A stretch of 64,000 bases of DNA from Octopus vulgaris (taxonomy: Eukaryota): contig OX597819.1 in assembly GCA_951406725.2 (NCBI GenBank), forward strand, positions 56,916,001 through 56,980,000, written 5' to 3'. The notes under the pieces are model-generated. The model saw only the letters and a list, made by a program, of their open reading frames with translations. It made no database searches and was not told where the DNA came from. Numbering within the stretch: the first letter of the stretch is position 1; every line of letters starts with the position of its first letter. A program made the translations under genes and the position numbers. Positions 31,361 through 45,160 of this stretch are shown one piece after another.

Positions 31361-31525
31361 AAATTCAAAATGCGATAAAATAAAATTAATTATTATCGCT
31401 GGTGTTTCTAGCACAGGCCATATATTATTCATATATAAGTACATTAAAGGCGAAGTATGTACTAGAAACACAGAAGCTTGATAAATTTAGTGAAATGAAG
31501 ATAAAAACTTTTACTAACTCTGTTC

Positions 31526-31600
31526 ATCTTAGACTGCAGTTTCGGCTTTTTCAGCAATAAAAATAATATTTATTTACTCAGGCAGGCTCTTCAGTAAGAT
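31526..31600 (-). ncRNA. Type I hammerhead ribozyme motif
   Basis: Minus strand ATCTTA-CTGAAGA-GCCT...AGCC-GAAA-C(TGCA)G-TC-TAAGAT: perfect 6-bp stem I, palindromic loop 3, GUC triplet. Confidence 0.8.
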
Positions 31601-34140
31601 TCCTGTTATTATGAAGCGCAACTCGATAGACACATGTGCGTCTACTAATTTGCTCTTTCTAACTAATCAGATCACTGCGCAGACGCAGAACGAACCCGAC
31701 AAACTAGGGATTTCTGGTATATAGTCTAACGCTGGTATATATGTCACCGCTGCACCACTGGTGTTGGTTTGTTTACGTACATTAGTGGTTCGGGAAAAAT
31801 AGTCAGAATATGTACAAGGATTCAAGTAAATAAGTATTGCAGTCGAAGTGTACCACCCCACAAGGTGGAGCTCCTGCATAGGCGAAATCCAATGAGTGAA
31901 ACACGTAATTTAAACCTTAAACGGGGTGAGAATTTACAAATACTTTCTCTAAACATGTCTACGTTTACACATTGCAATTTTTTCGTTGTTATTAAATCTG
32001 GCTTTTGTTGATACGCAGCCATATAAGCGAAAGACTAACTGAAACATGAGGTTTTGTTTATAAAATATGTATTGGTGCCAACTTTCGTACGATTCATTAA
32101 CATAATGTGATTAATAGCTGCTTATTACAGATTACGTAACTAAGTGCCAAATCATAAGAGATATGTAAACTTTATCCATGATATTATTCGATTGTAAAGA
32201 TGACAGGCTTCACAGTGATAGGAAAAGATAGAAGAACGATGAGCTGGCAGAAACGTTAGCGCAGACGCAAATCCTAACCGGCGACAGAGAGGATGCCGGT
32301 AAAAAACTGAGATGGTAAATGTTTTTAATTTTCATTCCTTTCATAAATTTATCCCTTTTTGTGTTTCTAGCACTCCGCTTCCTTATTTGGAAGCCTTTTA
32401 TTATATATATATAATTAAGGACGGATATTTTATTCTATATATATATATACACTACTGTATGTATATTCCATATTTGTATTAGTTGCAAAAATACTGCGTA
32501 ATATGTTAATGGCTATTTTGTTAAAGGATGTTTTTAGTTGGAATATACTTATATGTATTTTTAGGATATCGAATCACAGAGCATGTTTCTGTTTTATTCT
32601 TAAAACAGCAAGAGTTGTAAACTAAAATCGGTAAGCCTATATACATGTACGTTACGTCATAATCCCATATTGCCAGTCAATTTTGTTATTTACTTTCTGC
32701 CGGAGAACTCCATCTAGATTTATGGTGCTGCACATTCTTAGGATTCCTGATGAATTAGATTAGTAGGTATAAATACCAACACAGCTCAGATCGTAAGTGA
32801 TGGTTATAAGATTGACATTATACAAGAACACACTCTTATCATAGTCTAAAATAGATTATGTTCCTTGTAAATATTTTACATGGGAATTAATTAAAATCTG
32901 TTTGATAGAGTTTATTGCGAGATAGCAAAATCGTGGATAGTATTACAGTTGATGCATTAACACAATAGGCTTTTAGGAAGTAAGGTCTCTTTAGCTTAAG
33001 ATTTGCCATTTTTTCTGCTAATGTCATATGCATAGTTACACATTCACTGAAATAGTTTTCAATAATTTTGAATAATGATTTGTTAGAAAACTCTAACTGT
33101 AGCTTTTCGAATAAGCATCTATTTTGGGAGAAACAATAAAGTAAATAAAAAATGAATTATTCTGACAAATTCTCTTATATTCGTAGACATAATTTAAAGA
33201 GAAAAAATACACAACAAATAAACGTAAATTAGCAAAAAGTAAAAAAAAACATCACATAATATGTATAAAAATAAAATCAACATCATTTTCCATCACTGAC
33301 TAGTCATTCACTTAGAAAGTAAACGAACTTCTCTCTTTATTGTCTCAGTGGAAGATGGTGGGGGTGGAAATTCATTTCTATCTATTTTTTTCACGAATTT
33401 CCACTTGACAGCTCTCAACCATCAACATAATTTTTTTTAGTGAGTAATTTTAGTGAAACAACTATTTTAGGACACTTTTCATGTTAGTAGTAAAATTTAC
33501 AAGTCAATAATATGAATTTAGCTAAAAAGCTATTTCGTTCTTCTGTTCTTCCTATTCTTTTTCTCTTTGCATTTTCCAATTTGTTATGTTTCGCTTAACT
33601 TGAGGAAACAGGAAAACAAAATTGAATGAAACTACAAGAACAATACGGGTATATAGGGTTCATCTCAGTAAAAAGAAGAAAAATATTTCTGTAATTTTGA
33701 GAAACGTCTCTAAACTGCACTCCTTAAATTACTGAGAATATATAGAATTTTGAATAACGCCTGTGGATTTTAGTACTGGAATACGAAAATATTGCAAAGT
33801 AAAAGCATAATTACAGACACACACATGTGCGTGCGTGTGTGTGTATATATACACTCACTCACACACACGCACCCACAAATATATATTATTTTTAGATACT
33901 ATGGGATTACTCCAAACGTTTACCAGTTTGCTCTCAGTTTGGTATTCAGAATAGGTTATTCAACAGTTAATATATTAATCCAATAATATTCTCATAAGAT
34001 AATAATTTAGAGATATATTCCGTTGGATAATTCTGAACATATTACCTTAACCATATAAGTTTCCTGGAGTATATGATATCAACAATATTAATAATAACAA
34101 CGATTATTACGAAGTGGCATGCTTATTCGATAAAGGGTGT

Positions 34141-34219
<79 letters not shown>

Positions 34220-34437
34220 ACTTATAAGTAAGGGCAAACGAAAAAAGTTCTAATGCCAAATATGCCGAAATTAGACACCCTGTCCATAATCATATAATTT
34301 TTCACAATACGCACGCTACTCAAAAAAAAAAAAAAGGTTGACAGAAATCTCTAAAAATTCCCTTATTACCATATCGGACCGATTTCAGGGTTAGTTCGTA
34401 AGAACCCTCCATTCGTTAGTGATAAATGTGGCAAAGA

Positions 34438-34616
34438 AATAAATGAGATACTTACTCATACCCATGGAAGAAGCAAACACTAAGTCATGAGCACAATTAA
34501 GTACTCCAAATACATCCAAATAGGCTGGAGAATTTCTATTTTGGATGTGTTTGGGGTACTTAATTGTGCTCATGACTTAGTGTTTGCTTCTTCCAAGGGT
34601 ATGAGTAAGTATCTCG

Positions 34617-34622
<6 letters not shown>
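34438..34622. repeat. Long hairpin with ~85-bp arms
   Basis: gagatacttactcatacccatggaagaagcaaacactaagtcatgagcacaattaagtac... pairs with ...gtacttaattgtgctcatgacttagtgtttgcttcttccaagggtatgagtaagtatctc. Confidence 0.92.
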
Positions 34623-34673
<51 letters not shown>

Positions 34674-34771
34674 TTGCTATTATCGTTGTTATAATATATA
34701 TGTGTTTGTGTGTGCGCGTGTGTGTATCTATTATATATATCTATTCATATGCATATGTATATGTATGCATA

Positions 34772-35098
34772 TGCATGGCTCAGTGGTTAGAGCGTCGAGT
34801 TTACGCTCGTGAAGTTGTGAGTTCGAATCCCGGACCAAGTTGCGTGTTGTGTTCTTGAGCAAGACACTTTATTTCACGTAGCTCCAGTTCACTCAGCTGT
34901 AGAAATGAGTTACGACGTCACAGGTGCCAAGCTGTATCGGCCTTTGCCTTTTCCCTTGGATAACACTGGTGGCATGGAGAGGCGAACCGGTATGCATGGG
35001 CGACTGCTGGTCTTCCAGAAACAACCTTCCCGGACTTTTGCCTGGGAGAGTAACTTTGTAGGTGCAATCCCATGGTCAGTCATGACCGATGGGGTCTC
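34772..35098 (+). mobile_element. tRNA-derived SINE (type C-related)
   Basis: GCATGGCTCAGTGGTTAGAGCGTC (A box), AGTTCGAATCCC (B box), 'cttgagcaagacacttt' core. Confidence 0.85.
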
Positions 35099-35915
35099 AG
35101 CATATATACATGTGTATGTGTGCATGTGTATATGAATCTGTGCTTTTACATAAATATACTCATACAAATACATATGCTAGTATTGTGGGCTGATGCAACT
35201 ATTTGTCATGTGGGCAATTAAAATATTAGGATTAAAATATTATGATGCATACACTTCAGTGGGACTCACAAATATTAAATCCAATTATTTACTGTTGGTA
35301 GATGTACTGTTTTTTTTTACTTCGAATTGTTTTTATATATCCTAAATACGTACTGATCCAAATTTATATTCTTTCAGCTATAGGCACAAAGCCTGGAATT
35401 TTGGTCTTGGGGCTCGCCGATTACACCGACTCCAGCGCTCAGCAAGCGCTTATTTTGTTGACCCCGAACGTATGAAAGTGGAGTCGACCTCGTCGGAATT
35501 TGACGAAATGCTGTAAAGCATTTTGCCCAGCGTGCTAACGGTTCTGACAGGTTACCGCCTTCATAAGTAAATATCAATATCTAAATGTTACAAATTTAGA
35601 TCAATACGTATTTAGTATATATAGAAATATTTCGAAGTAAAAACAAAACAGTACATCTACCAACAGTAAAGAATTGGATTTAATATCACTGAAGTGTCTG
35701 CATCATAATATTTTAATCTTAATATTTTAATTGCCCATATGCCAAATAGTTGCATCAATCCACTATACTTGCATATGTATTTGTATGAGTATATTTATGT
35801 AAAAGCACAAGTTTGTATGCGCATGTACACATACACATATACATATACTGAGACCCCCCCCCCTCAGTTATGAGTGACCATGGGATGGCACCTAGGAAGA
35901 TACTCTCCAGCAAAA
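35037..35915. repeat. Old inverted duplication with ~330-bp arms and a type B-like SINE (35378-35562, minus) at its centre
   Basis: cttttacataaatatactcatacaaatacatatgc / gcatatgtatttgtatgagtatatttatgtaaaag; tttactgttggtagatgtactg / cagtacatctaccaacagtaaa. Confidence 0.85.
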
Positions 35916-36770
35916 TATTTAGCTCGCCTGGTTAAAATGCTTAGTGACATTTCGTCCGTCTTTGCGTTCTGCGTTCAAATTGCGCCGAGGTAGACTTTGA
36001 CTCACCTCTTCAGAGACGATAAAATAAGTACCAGTTCAACACTGGTGGATGCAATCGACTAACGCACTATCCCGAATTTACTATCTTTGTTTCAAAATTT
36101 AGAAATAATATCTAAGTGTTGTAGATCTAGCGTAAGTGTGCCTCATGTTATATGAGATCAAAGTAGACTCCTTGAAACCAACAACGACCGGGGATGGAAC
36201 ACCTCGTCATTCTCAAATTTATTGGGTTTTAGAAAATTCATTGTCCATTAGACGTTTCCAATACCTCATCGCTGTTAACATTCTGCATGTGATGGAGTTG
36301 GGTTCTGGTAATATTTTGCTCTTCGGTTGTGTAATATACCATAATGCTACTATAAACGTATACAAAATATATCTCATCACAGTGTATGCCCTTGGATCGG
36401 ATTGGTATCGTATGCAACTGTGGTGAGATGCATTTCTTGTCGTGTATTGGCATTGGTATGAATTACCGGTACCACTCCATAGTGAGGTTATCGTTGGAAG
36501 GGGAACTTGGGATAGTGGACTAGCAAAGTTTTATTCAACCTGCAATTATATATAAGACAGACAAAATGCGTTTGGTCGCTCAAGGTTATCAGTAGCCAAA
36601 GATGTCAGGTTCTTTAACAGCACGTATCTTATAAGACAACAGTTTTTGTGTCAGTAGAAACTGCCGACTGCTAAAGAGTACAGAGCTTTTCAACCCTGCA
36701 GAACAGGCAATTTCGAGCTCTAGAGGAAGAAGGAGGGGCATCAAAAGGATACTGTAATATTAGGGAAGGT

Positions 36771-36947
<177 letters not shown>

Positions 36948-38394
36948 AATGTTTATGTACATGTAACTATTACATTTGTTGAATACATAAACAAATCGAC
37001 TGCTTAGATCTCCGGGATTGGTCAGAATGATGTAGACACCTCTGACAAGAGACCAATATGGTTCGAATATCGATTGAGGTTCTTCAATCAATGGAGAAAT
37101 AGTTAAATTTGACCTGTTTATATATATCAACAGCATAGGTTCCATATTTATTATACATTATATTATATATAGTCATGCCTATATATATGTAGACATACAC
37201 ACCTCCATGCTCGTACACATGTGTGTATAAGTAAGGAGAGAGAGAGAGAGAGAGAGAGGCAGACAGACACAGAGAGACACAGAGAGAGACAGACAGAGAG
37301 AGAAGCTTATTAAGAATAAGATAGACTTCGGAATCTTCTTACACTATATTATGTTCTTATGTCTGTGTGTGACCTCTTTTTTAAACGTCTGATAATGTGT
37401 GAGTTTGGTTTGTCTGTTCTACATAATCTAGTGTAATATGTGTTGCCAGCAGAAGTGCTAGCAAGAGATTTGATTGCTTGAGTGTTGCTTTTGATGTCAG
37501 CGTACTTGTTACTAGAAAGGAAGTTTGAATTTATATTCTGTGTGATTAAATCTAATTCATGATTAGTTTTGGTGCAATTTAGATTTCTTTTGAGTACATA
37601 CCCAAAACTTGTTCTACGTTATAGGTTTATTGTCTGTTTTATTTATGTGTTATTAACTCTCACAGTGAAACTGTATCTGGTTTTTGTCTAGAAATTTCGT
37701 AATGTATCCATTGTTAATTTTATTTTGTGCAATATGAGTCAGCTCTTTCTGCTAAAGTGAAGTGCTGGAGGATATTAAATATTTTCTTTTTGAATACGTA
37801 CAGACTTTATGGTAGATATTTTATATTTATTGTGATATTTTCTCAACTTATTTTAAATATGTACAACTACTGGGTTCGTGTGCTGTGCACTGAAATCTTT
37901 CTGAATGCAAATATTTTTTTTAAAGGTTCGATTCAGTTTTATAACTATATATTAGTACTGTATTGCTGTTTCATTAAATTGTATTTAAAAGATACCATGT
38001 ATAACAATTTGTCAAAAATACTTGCTTGATACTGCTACTTTGTTCATGCACATACTACATGATCCTGAATGTGAAGAGTACTGCACACCAAGAGAAGAAC
38101 TATTGCGCATGCTCCGACTCACAAATGTTAATCACATGTAGTGCAGTATTGAAACCTAGACGCTCTGTACATATCTCACTGTGCAATCGGCCTACCTTCT
38201 CCTATAATTTTCAATGTTGCTCGTGTGCAAATCAGCCCTGTCCATACGAATATAGGAATAAAAATGTTCAGCCATGTTTCTGCAGGCATACTGTCTCTGC
38301 AATTGAAACATTCAACGAATCTTTTGTGTTTAAGTGGATATTTGCCTGCTATTTCGACCAGGGCGGTTATCCACTAAGACCGCTTAGTGGATAA

Positions 38395-38787
38395 CATAGA
38401 GGGAACACACAAGGAGAGACAAACGGATTAAGTCGATTACAACGACCCCAGTGCGTAACTGGTACTTAATTTATCGACCCCGAAAGAATGAAAGGCAAAA
38501 GTCGATCTCGGGGGAATTTGAACTCGGAACCTAACGGCAGACGAAATACCTATTTCTATTTCTTTACTACCCACAAGGGGCTAAACACAGAGGAGACAAA
38601 CAAGGACAGACAAACGGATCAAGTCGATTACATCGACCCCAGTGCGTAACTGGTACTTAATTTATCGATCCCGAAAGGATGAAAGGCAAAGTCGACCTCG
38701 GCGGAATTTGAACTTAGAACGTAACGGAAGACGAAATACGGCTACGCATTTCGCCCGGCGAGCTAACGTTTCTGCCAGCTCGCTGCC
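38395..38787 (-). mobile_element. SINE type B with duplicated body
   Basis: ctaacgtttctgccagctcgctgcc is the reverse-complement head; two body units. Confidence 0.9.
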
Positions 38788-39454
38788 TTAATTCTTAGAT
38801 TCTGTTTGTATCTACTTCGGAGCTGATCATGTTGCACGGGATTTGAACCTAACTACTTCTCTGTGTATGTAATCTATAATACGTGTCTTATAAATTTTTT
38901 TAGGCCACGTTCAATGATGGAGCTTCATATGTATGTTTTTCTTATGATCGTAAAGGCAGAATGTGAGGGGTCGGTCTTGTTCAAAAGGTGTTATATGCAC
39001 ATACATATAACAGCACACACACACACACACACACACAGAGGCACGCACACATGCACACAAGCACACAAGCACACATATATGATGGCTGTCGTCCACTCGT
39101 AACAGGTGAAGACCGTTACTGAGCATTAAGATCATTGTACACTTAGATATAGTTATACTTTACACTTATGGCTATGTTGGTGACTAATGAGACCGCACTT
39201 AAATGACATATACACACAAAAATTTCCCCATTCACTACTTTGGCGGTGCGTCTTCGCGCAACGCGCTTAATGATAATTGCGTGGTTCTTTAAAAATACCG
39301 ACACTTCACTTGTTTTCTCCATCGTTGGCGTGACAAACATTGCTTTCTCATTTCATTCTTCATATCTCGTGTTTGCAACGAAGACATCTTGAGAATCATT
39401 TGCTTGTGCATGAGATAATAGCGTGTCTGAAATCCTGTGCCTGAAAATCCTGTG

Positions 39455-39535
<81 letters not shown>

Positions 39536-39538
<3 letters not shown>

Positions 39539-39720
39539 ATTCATAAAGAACAAAAGACGATAACAGCTGATGTAGACAATAAACATGTGTTAATATAACG
39601 CTCGGGAAGTGAAAAAGTCTTTAACGTTTCGAGCCTACGATCCCCGACAGAAAGGAACACAGAAAGAAACAAAGAGAGAAAATAAAGAATGTATAGTGGC
39701 TAGCAATCTATCATGCCGAA
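39536..39720 (-). mobile_element. Short repeat family copy with a hammerhead-like motif (39619-39654)
   Basis: Minus strand CTTT-CTGTCGGG-GATCGTAGGCTC-GAAA-CG-TT-AAAG; homologous to the copies at 11757 and 15460. Confidence 0.7.
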
Positions 39721-41415
39721 TATATATATATGCATATGTGTATGTGTGTGTGAGTATGTTAAGGTTTGGCGGTGAATTTTAATTTTATATGAGAGCGACT
39801 AGAATTTTAAGCTCAATATGACGAAAAAATGCTCTATGACTGGCGAGCTCATCAATTTTTTCTTTTTCTTTCCTCGTGGATGAGATTTGCTAAAAATCGT
39901 TGCTTCTGGGCATGAGATTCAGCGGTTAATTGGAGCCATATATTCCCCACTTGCTACTAATCCATCTGCCAGCTGTAGATTTTGTAGTGTCTGTTTAATT
40001 AGAGCTTGATTCTTGATAAATTAGGTAGAGTTGTAATCGATGCACAACTTTCCATACAGAATGACAGAAAAAGTGTGAGTGTGATATAACCAGGTATGAA
40101 GCTCTGCAAGCATTTATATCGTCCTGAATATGTCGTGAATATACACATTTAAGAAGGTGCCTGAACAGGGGAATACCTTTGTTGCAACAGTTTGGAAATA
40201 CAGCAACATTTCCAAAATGAAAGAAAATGTAATAATCTATATTCTGATGCCCATTTACTATTATTAACATTTGTATCGCTTTAAAATATCACTATGAAGT
40301 AATTACTCCTGAATATGATATGCCAGGGAAAAATATCTGTTTGTCTTGACTGGGATGCTGAGCGCAGATATTGATCTTATTTAAAAATGTTAATGCTTGG
40401 TACTGGTGAATGACCAGATATCTATTACACATCTTTCAGCTGTATTCCAAGAAATGTCTTACAACAATACGATATGATATTGTTGTGTATTGCTGTATAT
40501 AGCGGAATTCTGCTCTCATTAAAGTTCTCTGTAGTGGGTGTAATTGTTACATGTCAGTATATTACATATTGGTTGATCTGACTCCGAGGAAAACACTATA
40601 TATTGACTGATTAGGAAAAACGACACAGTCTGATAAACGAGCGAAACGATTTGACTTTCACCAATACCTTTGTCATGTTGTCATGTTGTAAATTAAAGTA
40701 ATAGATCGACTGCTGGCCACATTACAGATTTTGCATTTAATATGGATAAAGTCCTGACGTATGTGGGATTCAAGGAGTGTACTGTTATATTCGTGTGCAC
40801 AGGGTAGAATCAGGAGCAAATCGGTCAGTAACTATGATAAATATATTGATTGATTTAGTGCATAGCTAAGGCGAGATCGATAAGAGAGGATTGTGTAAAG
40901 TTCGTTGAGATCCTCTTTGCATCTGATTCGGAAGCCCAACTGTAATATACACCGGAAGACTGGAAGGCTCCGAGCAACCAGGAAGCAGTTTTTACTATTT
41001 TGTTTTAACGACGGCTGTCATTCATGCATTCCAGAGGGCATGGAGACTTGCACCATACATACATACATACATACATACATACATAGAGATATAGGTAGAT
41101 AGATAAATAAATATATAGATATAGATATAGATATCTATATACATATATATATATATATACATATCCAAACATGCATACATATGTATACACATACATACAT
41201 ATAGTATATATATATATAATAATAATAAATATTAGGGAATAAATCCAAACTTACAGGGAAAAATCAGATTTAGGATTGAATCCAATTTTATATTAAATTA
41301 GAGACAAAACCACTATTAGGCAAATCATACAATGAAAAACTTAAGACAATACATAAGATTATTTAATTTATATCATCTAAATATAACAAAATTATTTAAA
41401 ACATATAATTAATAT

Positions 41416-41485
41416 AACACTACGATCGTTTCATGGCTGTTAATTTCTTTAAATTTTCGAGTTACAGTCATTCATCAGGTGGTTT
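41416..41485 (-). ncRNA. Type I hammerhead ribozyme motif
   Basis: Minus strand CAC-CTGATGA-ATGACTGT...ACAGCCAT-GAAA-C(GATC)G-TA-GTG: canonical core, palindromic loop 3, GUA triplet. Confidence 0.8.
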
Positions 41486-41527
41486 AAATATCTAAAATAT
41501 AATCAATATTTTTAAGATATAAATAAT

Positions 41528-41746
41528 GGAGGCGCAATATGGCCTAGTGGTTAGGGCAGCGGACTTGCGGTCGGAGGATCGCGGTTTCGATTCCCAGACC
41601 GGGCGTTGTGTGTGTTTATTGAGCGAAAAAAACACCTAAAAGCTCCACGAGGCTCCGGCAGGAGGTGGTGATCCCTGCTGTACTCTTTCACCACTCTAAA
41701 AGGCGGTGCTCCAGCATGGCCACAGTCAAATGACTGAAACAAGTAC
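41528..41746 (+). mobile_element. Chimeric SINE (type C head, type A tail)
   Basis: GGAGGCGCAATATGGCCTAGTGGTTAGGGCAGCGG head; switches at about 41695 to 'ctaaaaggcggtgctccagcatggccacagtcaaatgactgaaacaagt'. Confidence 0.8.
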
Positions 41747-42322
41747 AAAAAAAAAAAATAAATAATATAATAATTTTACTTATAATAAACTCTATTATCA
41801 AATATGATTATATCCAAATCTACTATAATGTTAAATATTAACTTTAATTTATAAGGTAGGAAACCCATAATCTAATATCAATATTAGTCTATATCTAATT
41901 ACATAAATATTTAAAATGACTAATATATATAAATTATCAATGAAAATATATATAAATATTATAATCAAAATCTAAAATAATCCCTATAAATAATTGTATA
42001 TAATGAAAACCTAATAAATTTAATTTTTCATATTTAAAGATGAAATAGCTAATTTCAAAATACAAATAAACTAACTTAAACGGACTTTCAGAAATCTTAT
42101 GTAAAATAATTTTAGAAATAATCAATTCTTAGTAATATAGTATCGAATAAATACTATAAGTACTATAAATATAATTATGAATGGGAATAATTATCTAATA
42201 TAAATTTAAAGAAATATCTAAGTTATGCTATTAAATTTAAATAATATAAATTAAATAATCTTATGTATTGTCTTAAGTTTTTCATTGTATGATTTGCCTA
42301 ATAGTGGTTTTGTCTCTAATTT

Positions 42323-42396
<74 letters not shown>

Positions 42397-43525
42397 ATAA
42401 GTATGCGTGTGTGAGAGTGGGTGAGTATTTACATATTTGGAGCAGTTTCAAAATAGCTGTGTGTATAAATGTTATAATGTGATATAAAAATCTGAACGGC
42501 AATAGCTGTAATGTTTTGGAACTCTCATGTTGCAGCCTACACACCAACTCAGCACTTATCATTTGCGTGATTTTAGCTCTATTCACGAATGTTTCCTAAA
42601 AGTTTTAATGTGAACTCAATGGATTCAAGCTTAATTCCATCAGGAAGGTCAGATGAAAGATCTAACGAAAATTTCTGACATTATAAATCAAAGATTAAAT
42701 ATATGTCACAGGCGGTGAGTGTGTTTATAGATTTTATATATGCTCTTGTAAAACAAATTCTCACGCACATAAACGCATACACATACACACATAATTATGT
42801 ACTTACATGCATACATGCGTATGGTTTGTGTGTGTGTGTGTTTGTGTAAAAGAGTACTGTAATTTACTTGTGTAAACAATATTAATTTAACGATCTTTAA
42901 GCAATGCAGGCAAGTTAAAAGTTACGCAAAATATGCGAGGTTGTGCCAATAAATAAAGTTAAAGACAAGTTATTATGTCGCCGTATACACGTTGTTTGAT
43001 GCTTATGTTATATTTCGGGAAGCTTTCCTGAAATATATTACCAAGATTATGCAATATATCGCAGGTGATACGATTTCTGTAAACAAAGCATATTCTCCAT
43101 GTATGAACGACCGTTAGTGTTTCCGTATATATATGTATATATCTTTCTGTTTCACTTGCGTCATCTAACATATTTTACCGAACTTTTCAACTTCTTCAAT
43201 TAATAGTCTTCTCATATGTGTTGTGCCTGTGTGCGTGTGTGAGTATGGATGTATGTATCAAGACATAATGAAGAACTCAGAGCTATCATAAATCTTTGAA
43301 ATGTATTCTATAAGAAAATTCTGCCGATAATAAACATACGGTTACTGATAAACAGTGCCTTTGCATTTGTTAGAGACAACCTCTAAAACAATATCTTAAA
43401 GTATGTAAGTTGTGTAATTATACACAAGTAAATATTTCGAGTTATTACATAGGTTCCTCTTTTCAGGACTTTACAAAAGATTACATAGTCATCTTTCTTC
43501 CCCAAATAGAAAGAAATGATGCGTA

Positions 43526-43687
43526 GGCGTAGGAGTGGCTGTGTGGTAAGTAGCTTGCTTACGAACCACATGGTTTCGGTTTCAGTCCCACTGCATAGCA
43601 CCTTGGGCAAGTGTCTTCTACTATAGCCTTGGCCGACCAAACCCTTGTCAGTGGATTTGGTAGACGGAAACTGAAAGAAGGCCGTCG

Positions 43688-43734
<47 letters not shown>

Positions 43735-43975
43735 TTTATTCTGTGTGCGTGTGTGTCTGTGTTTGTCCCCCCTAAATTGCTTGACAACCGATGGTGGTGT
43801 GTTTACGTCCCAACGTCCCCGTAACTTAGTCGTTCGGCGAAAGCGACCGATAGAATAAGTACTAGGCTTACAAAGGATAAATCCTGGTGTTGATTTCTTC
43901 GACTAAAGGCGGTGCTCGAGCATGGCCACTGTCATATGATTGAAACAAGTAAAAGGGAAAAAAGAGAGTAAAGAG
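43526..43975 (+). mobile_element. SINE type A, full length
   Basis: Colinear with the copy at 3844-4257. Confidence 0.9.
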
Positions 43976-45160
43976 TTTGACTTTAAAGGAGCTCATTTGC
44001 ACGTTAAATGATTAAGACCACAAATATGGCATTCAGTGGTTAATTATAAGTGACGCTTCACCCTATATTAGTTGGAATCGGGGATGCGACCTGTGTTTTG
44101 AAGAAATATTCGATATCCTTATATCTAAAGATTATCAAATTGCGGAAATGAAAAAGCAATAAAATGTTTGTATTCATATTGAGAAACTTTAAATATTTTC
44201 CAAATAAGTAGTATTAGTTTGAACCACTTTGAAAGAAGTGTACTTAAGCAGACTTAATCAAATATTCACAAATTTATTTAATATTGGTTTTAACTAAATA
44301 GCATTTACCTACTAGGCCAACTACTAGGATAGCCTTTCGATTAAACTGTTCTTTTTCTTTCTAAGAAACATAATTATATTACAGTTTTATTTCATTAACA
44401 TCAACTGATATTAATATTTTAATGTGTTAATATTATGATATTCTCTTGTGATGGATAAGTCAAGTTACCCAAGAAAAACAACATCAGCTCCTGTATTGTT
44501 TCGATTTTTTAAATATCTGTCCACTTACTTTATATCATTTTTAGTATGTGCAGACATTGATGTTAAGGAATCTTCTACTATTAAGCGCAATATAGTAATC
44601 TGCTTTCTACCTGTATAATAGGTCATTCTAAGTTGAAAAGATACCTAGAACTATGGACATAAAATACATTACAACAATCTTCACTGTTTTATTCCAAATC
44701 TTTTATATTCGCCCACCAAGAGTATATTTCAGGAACTTATATTTAATACCAGAATGTTTAGTTCGCTTCGCCCGCCCACATGGAAAACACCTTCAATAAA
44801 GATGCTGTATTGGATTGTAAACCTTTGGGCTAGAAAGTGTATTACAATGGATTTAATATAAATCAATTAAATGTAGATACCGCTTATATCAAAGGACCTT
44901 AAGACGCTCATTCAGCAGAAACACATATCAGAATGTAATATGAAGAAAATGTTTCTGGTATAATAGATTTTAAAAGATGCTTAATTCTCACTGTTCATTA
45001 TTGTGTCTCGATAATAGACTGTGTATTCTGCATGAAATCTATTAAAGTGAACTCAAGATTTATGAAACGAAGGAAATACAGTTAATTGTTCATTCTAAAC
45101 AGCTTTAAATGTTTCCTAATATTAGATGTGGTTAGTCAAGTCTGGATTTTATCAGAGTGT

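Larger units (their letters stand above)
41220..42325 (-). mobile_element. Penelope-like remnant: AT-rich element with a ~79-bp inverted repeat and a hammerhead, in (TA)n, interrupted by a SINE
   Basis: 41295-41373 is inverted at 42244-42322; hammerhead at 41416-41485. Confidence 0.6.

Noticed and set aside
32730-32800. Plus-strand CTGATGA as a hammerhead core
   Set aside because: No stem II or downstream GAAA could be found
34772-34835. tRNA-like sequences here and at 27090-27161, 41528 and 59881
   Set aside because: They continue into shared SINE bodies and lack a clean acceptor stem, so they are SINE heads rather than tRNA genes
41760-42240. Very AT-rich stretch resembling a mitochondrial insertion
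   Set aside because: No recognisable mitochondrial gene, tRNA or rRNA motif; it lies within the inverted-repeat element
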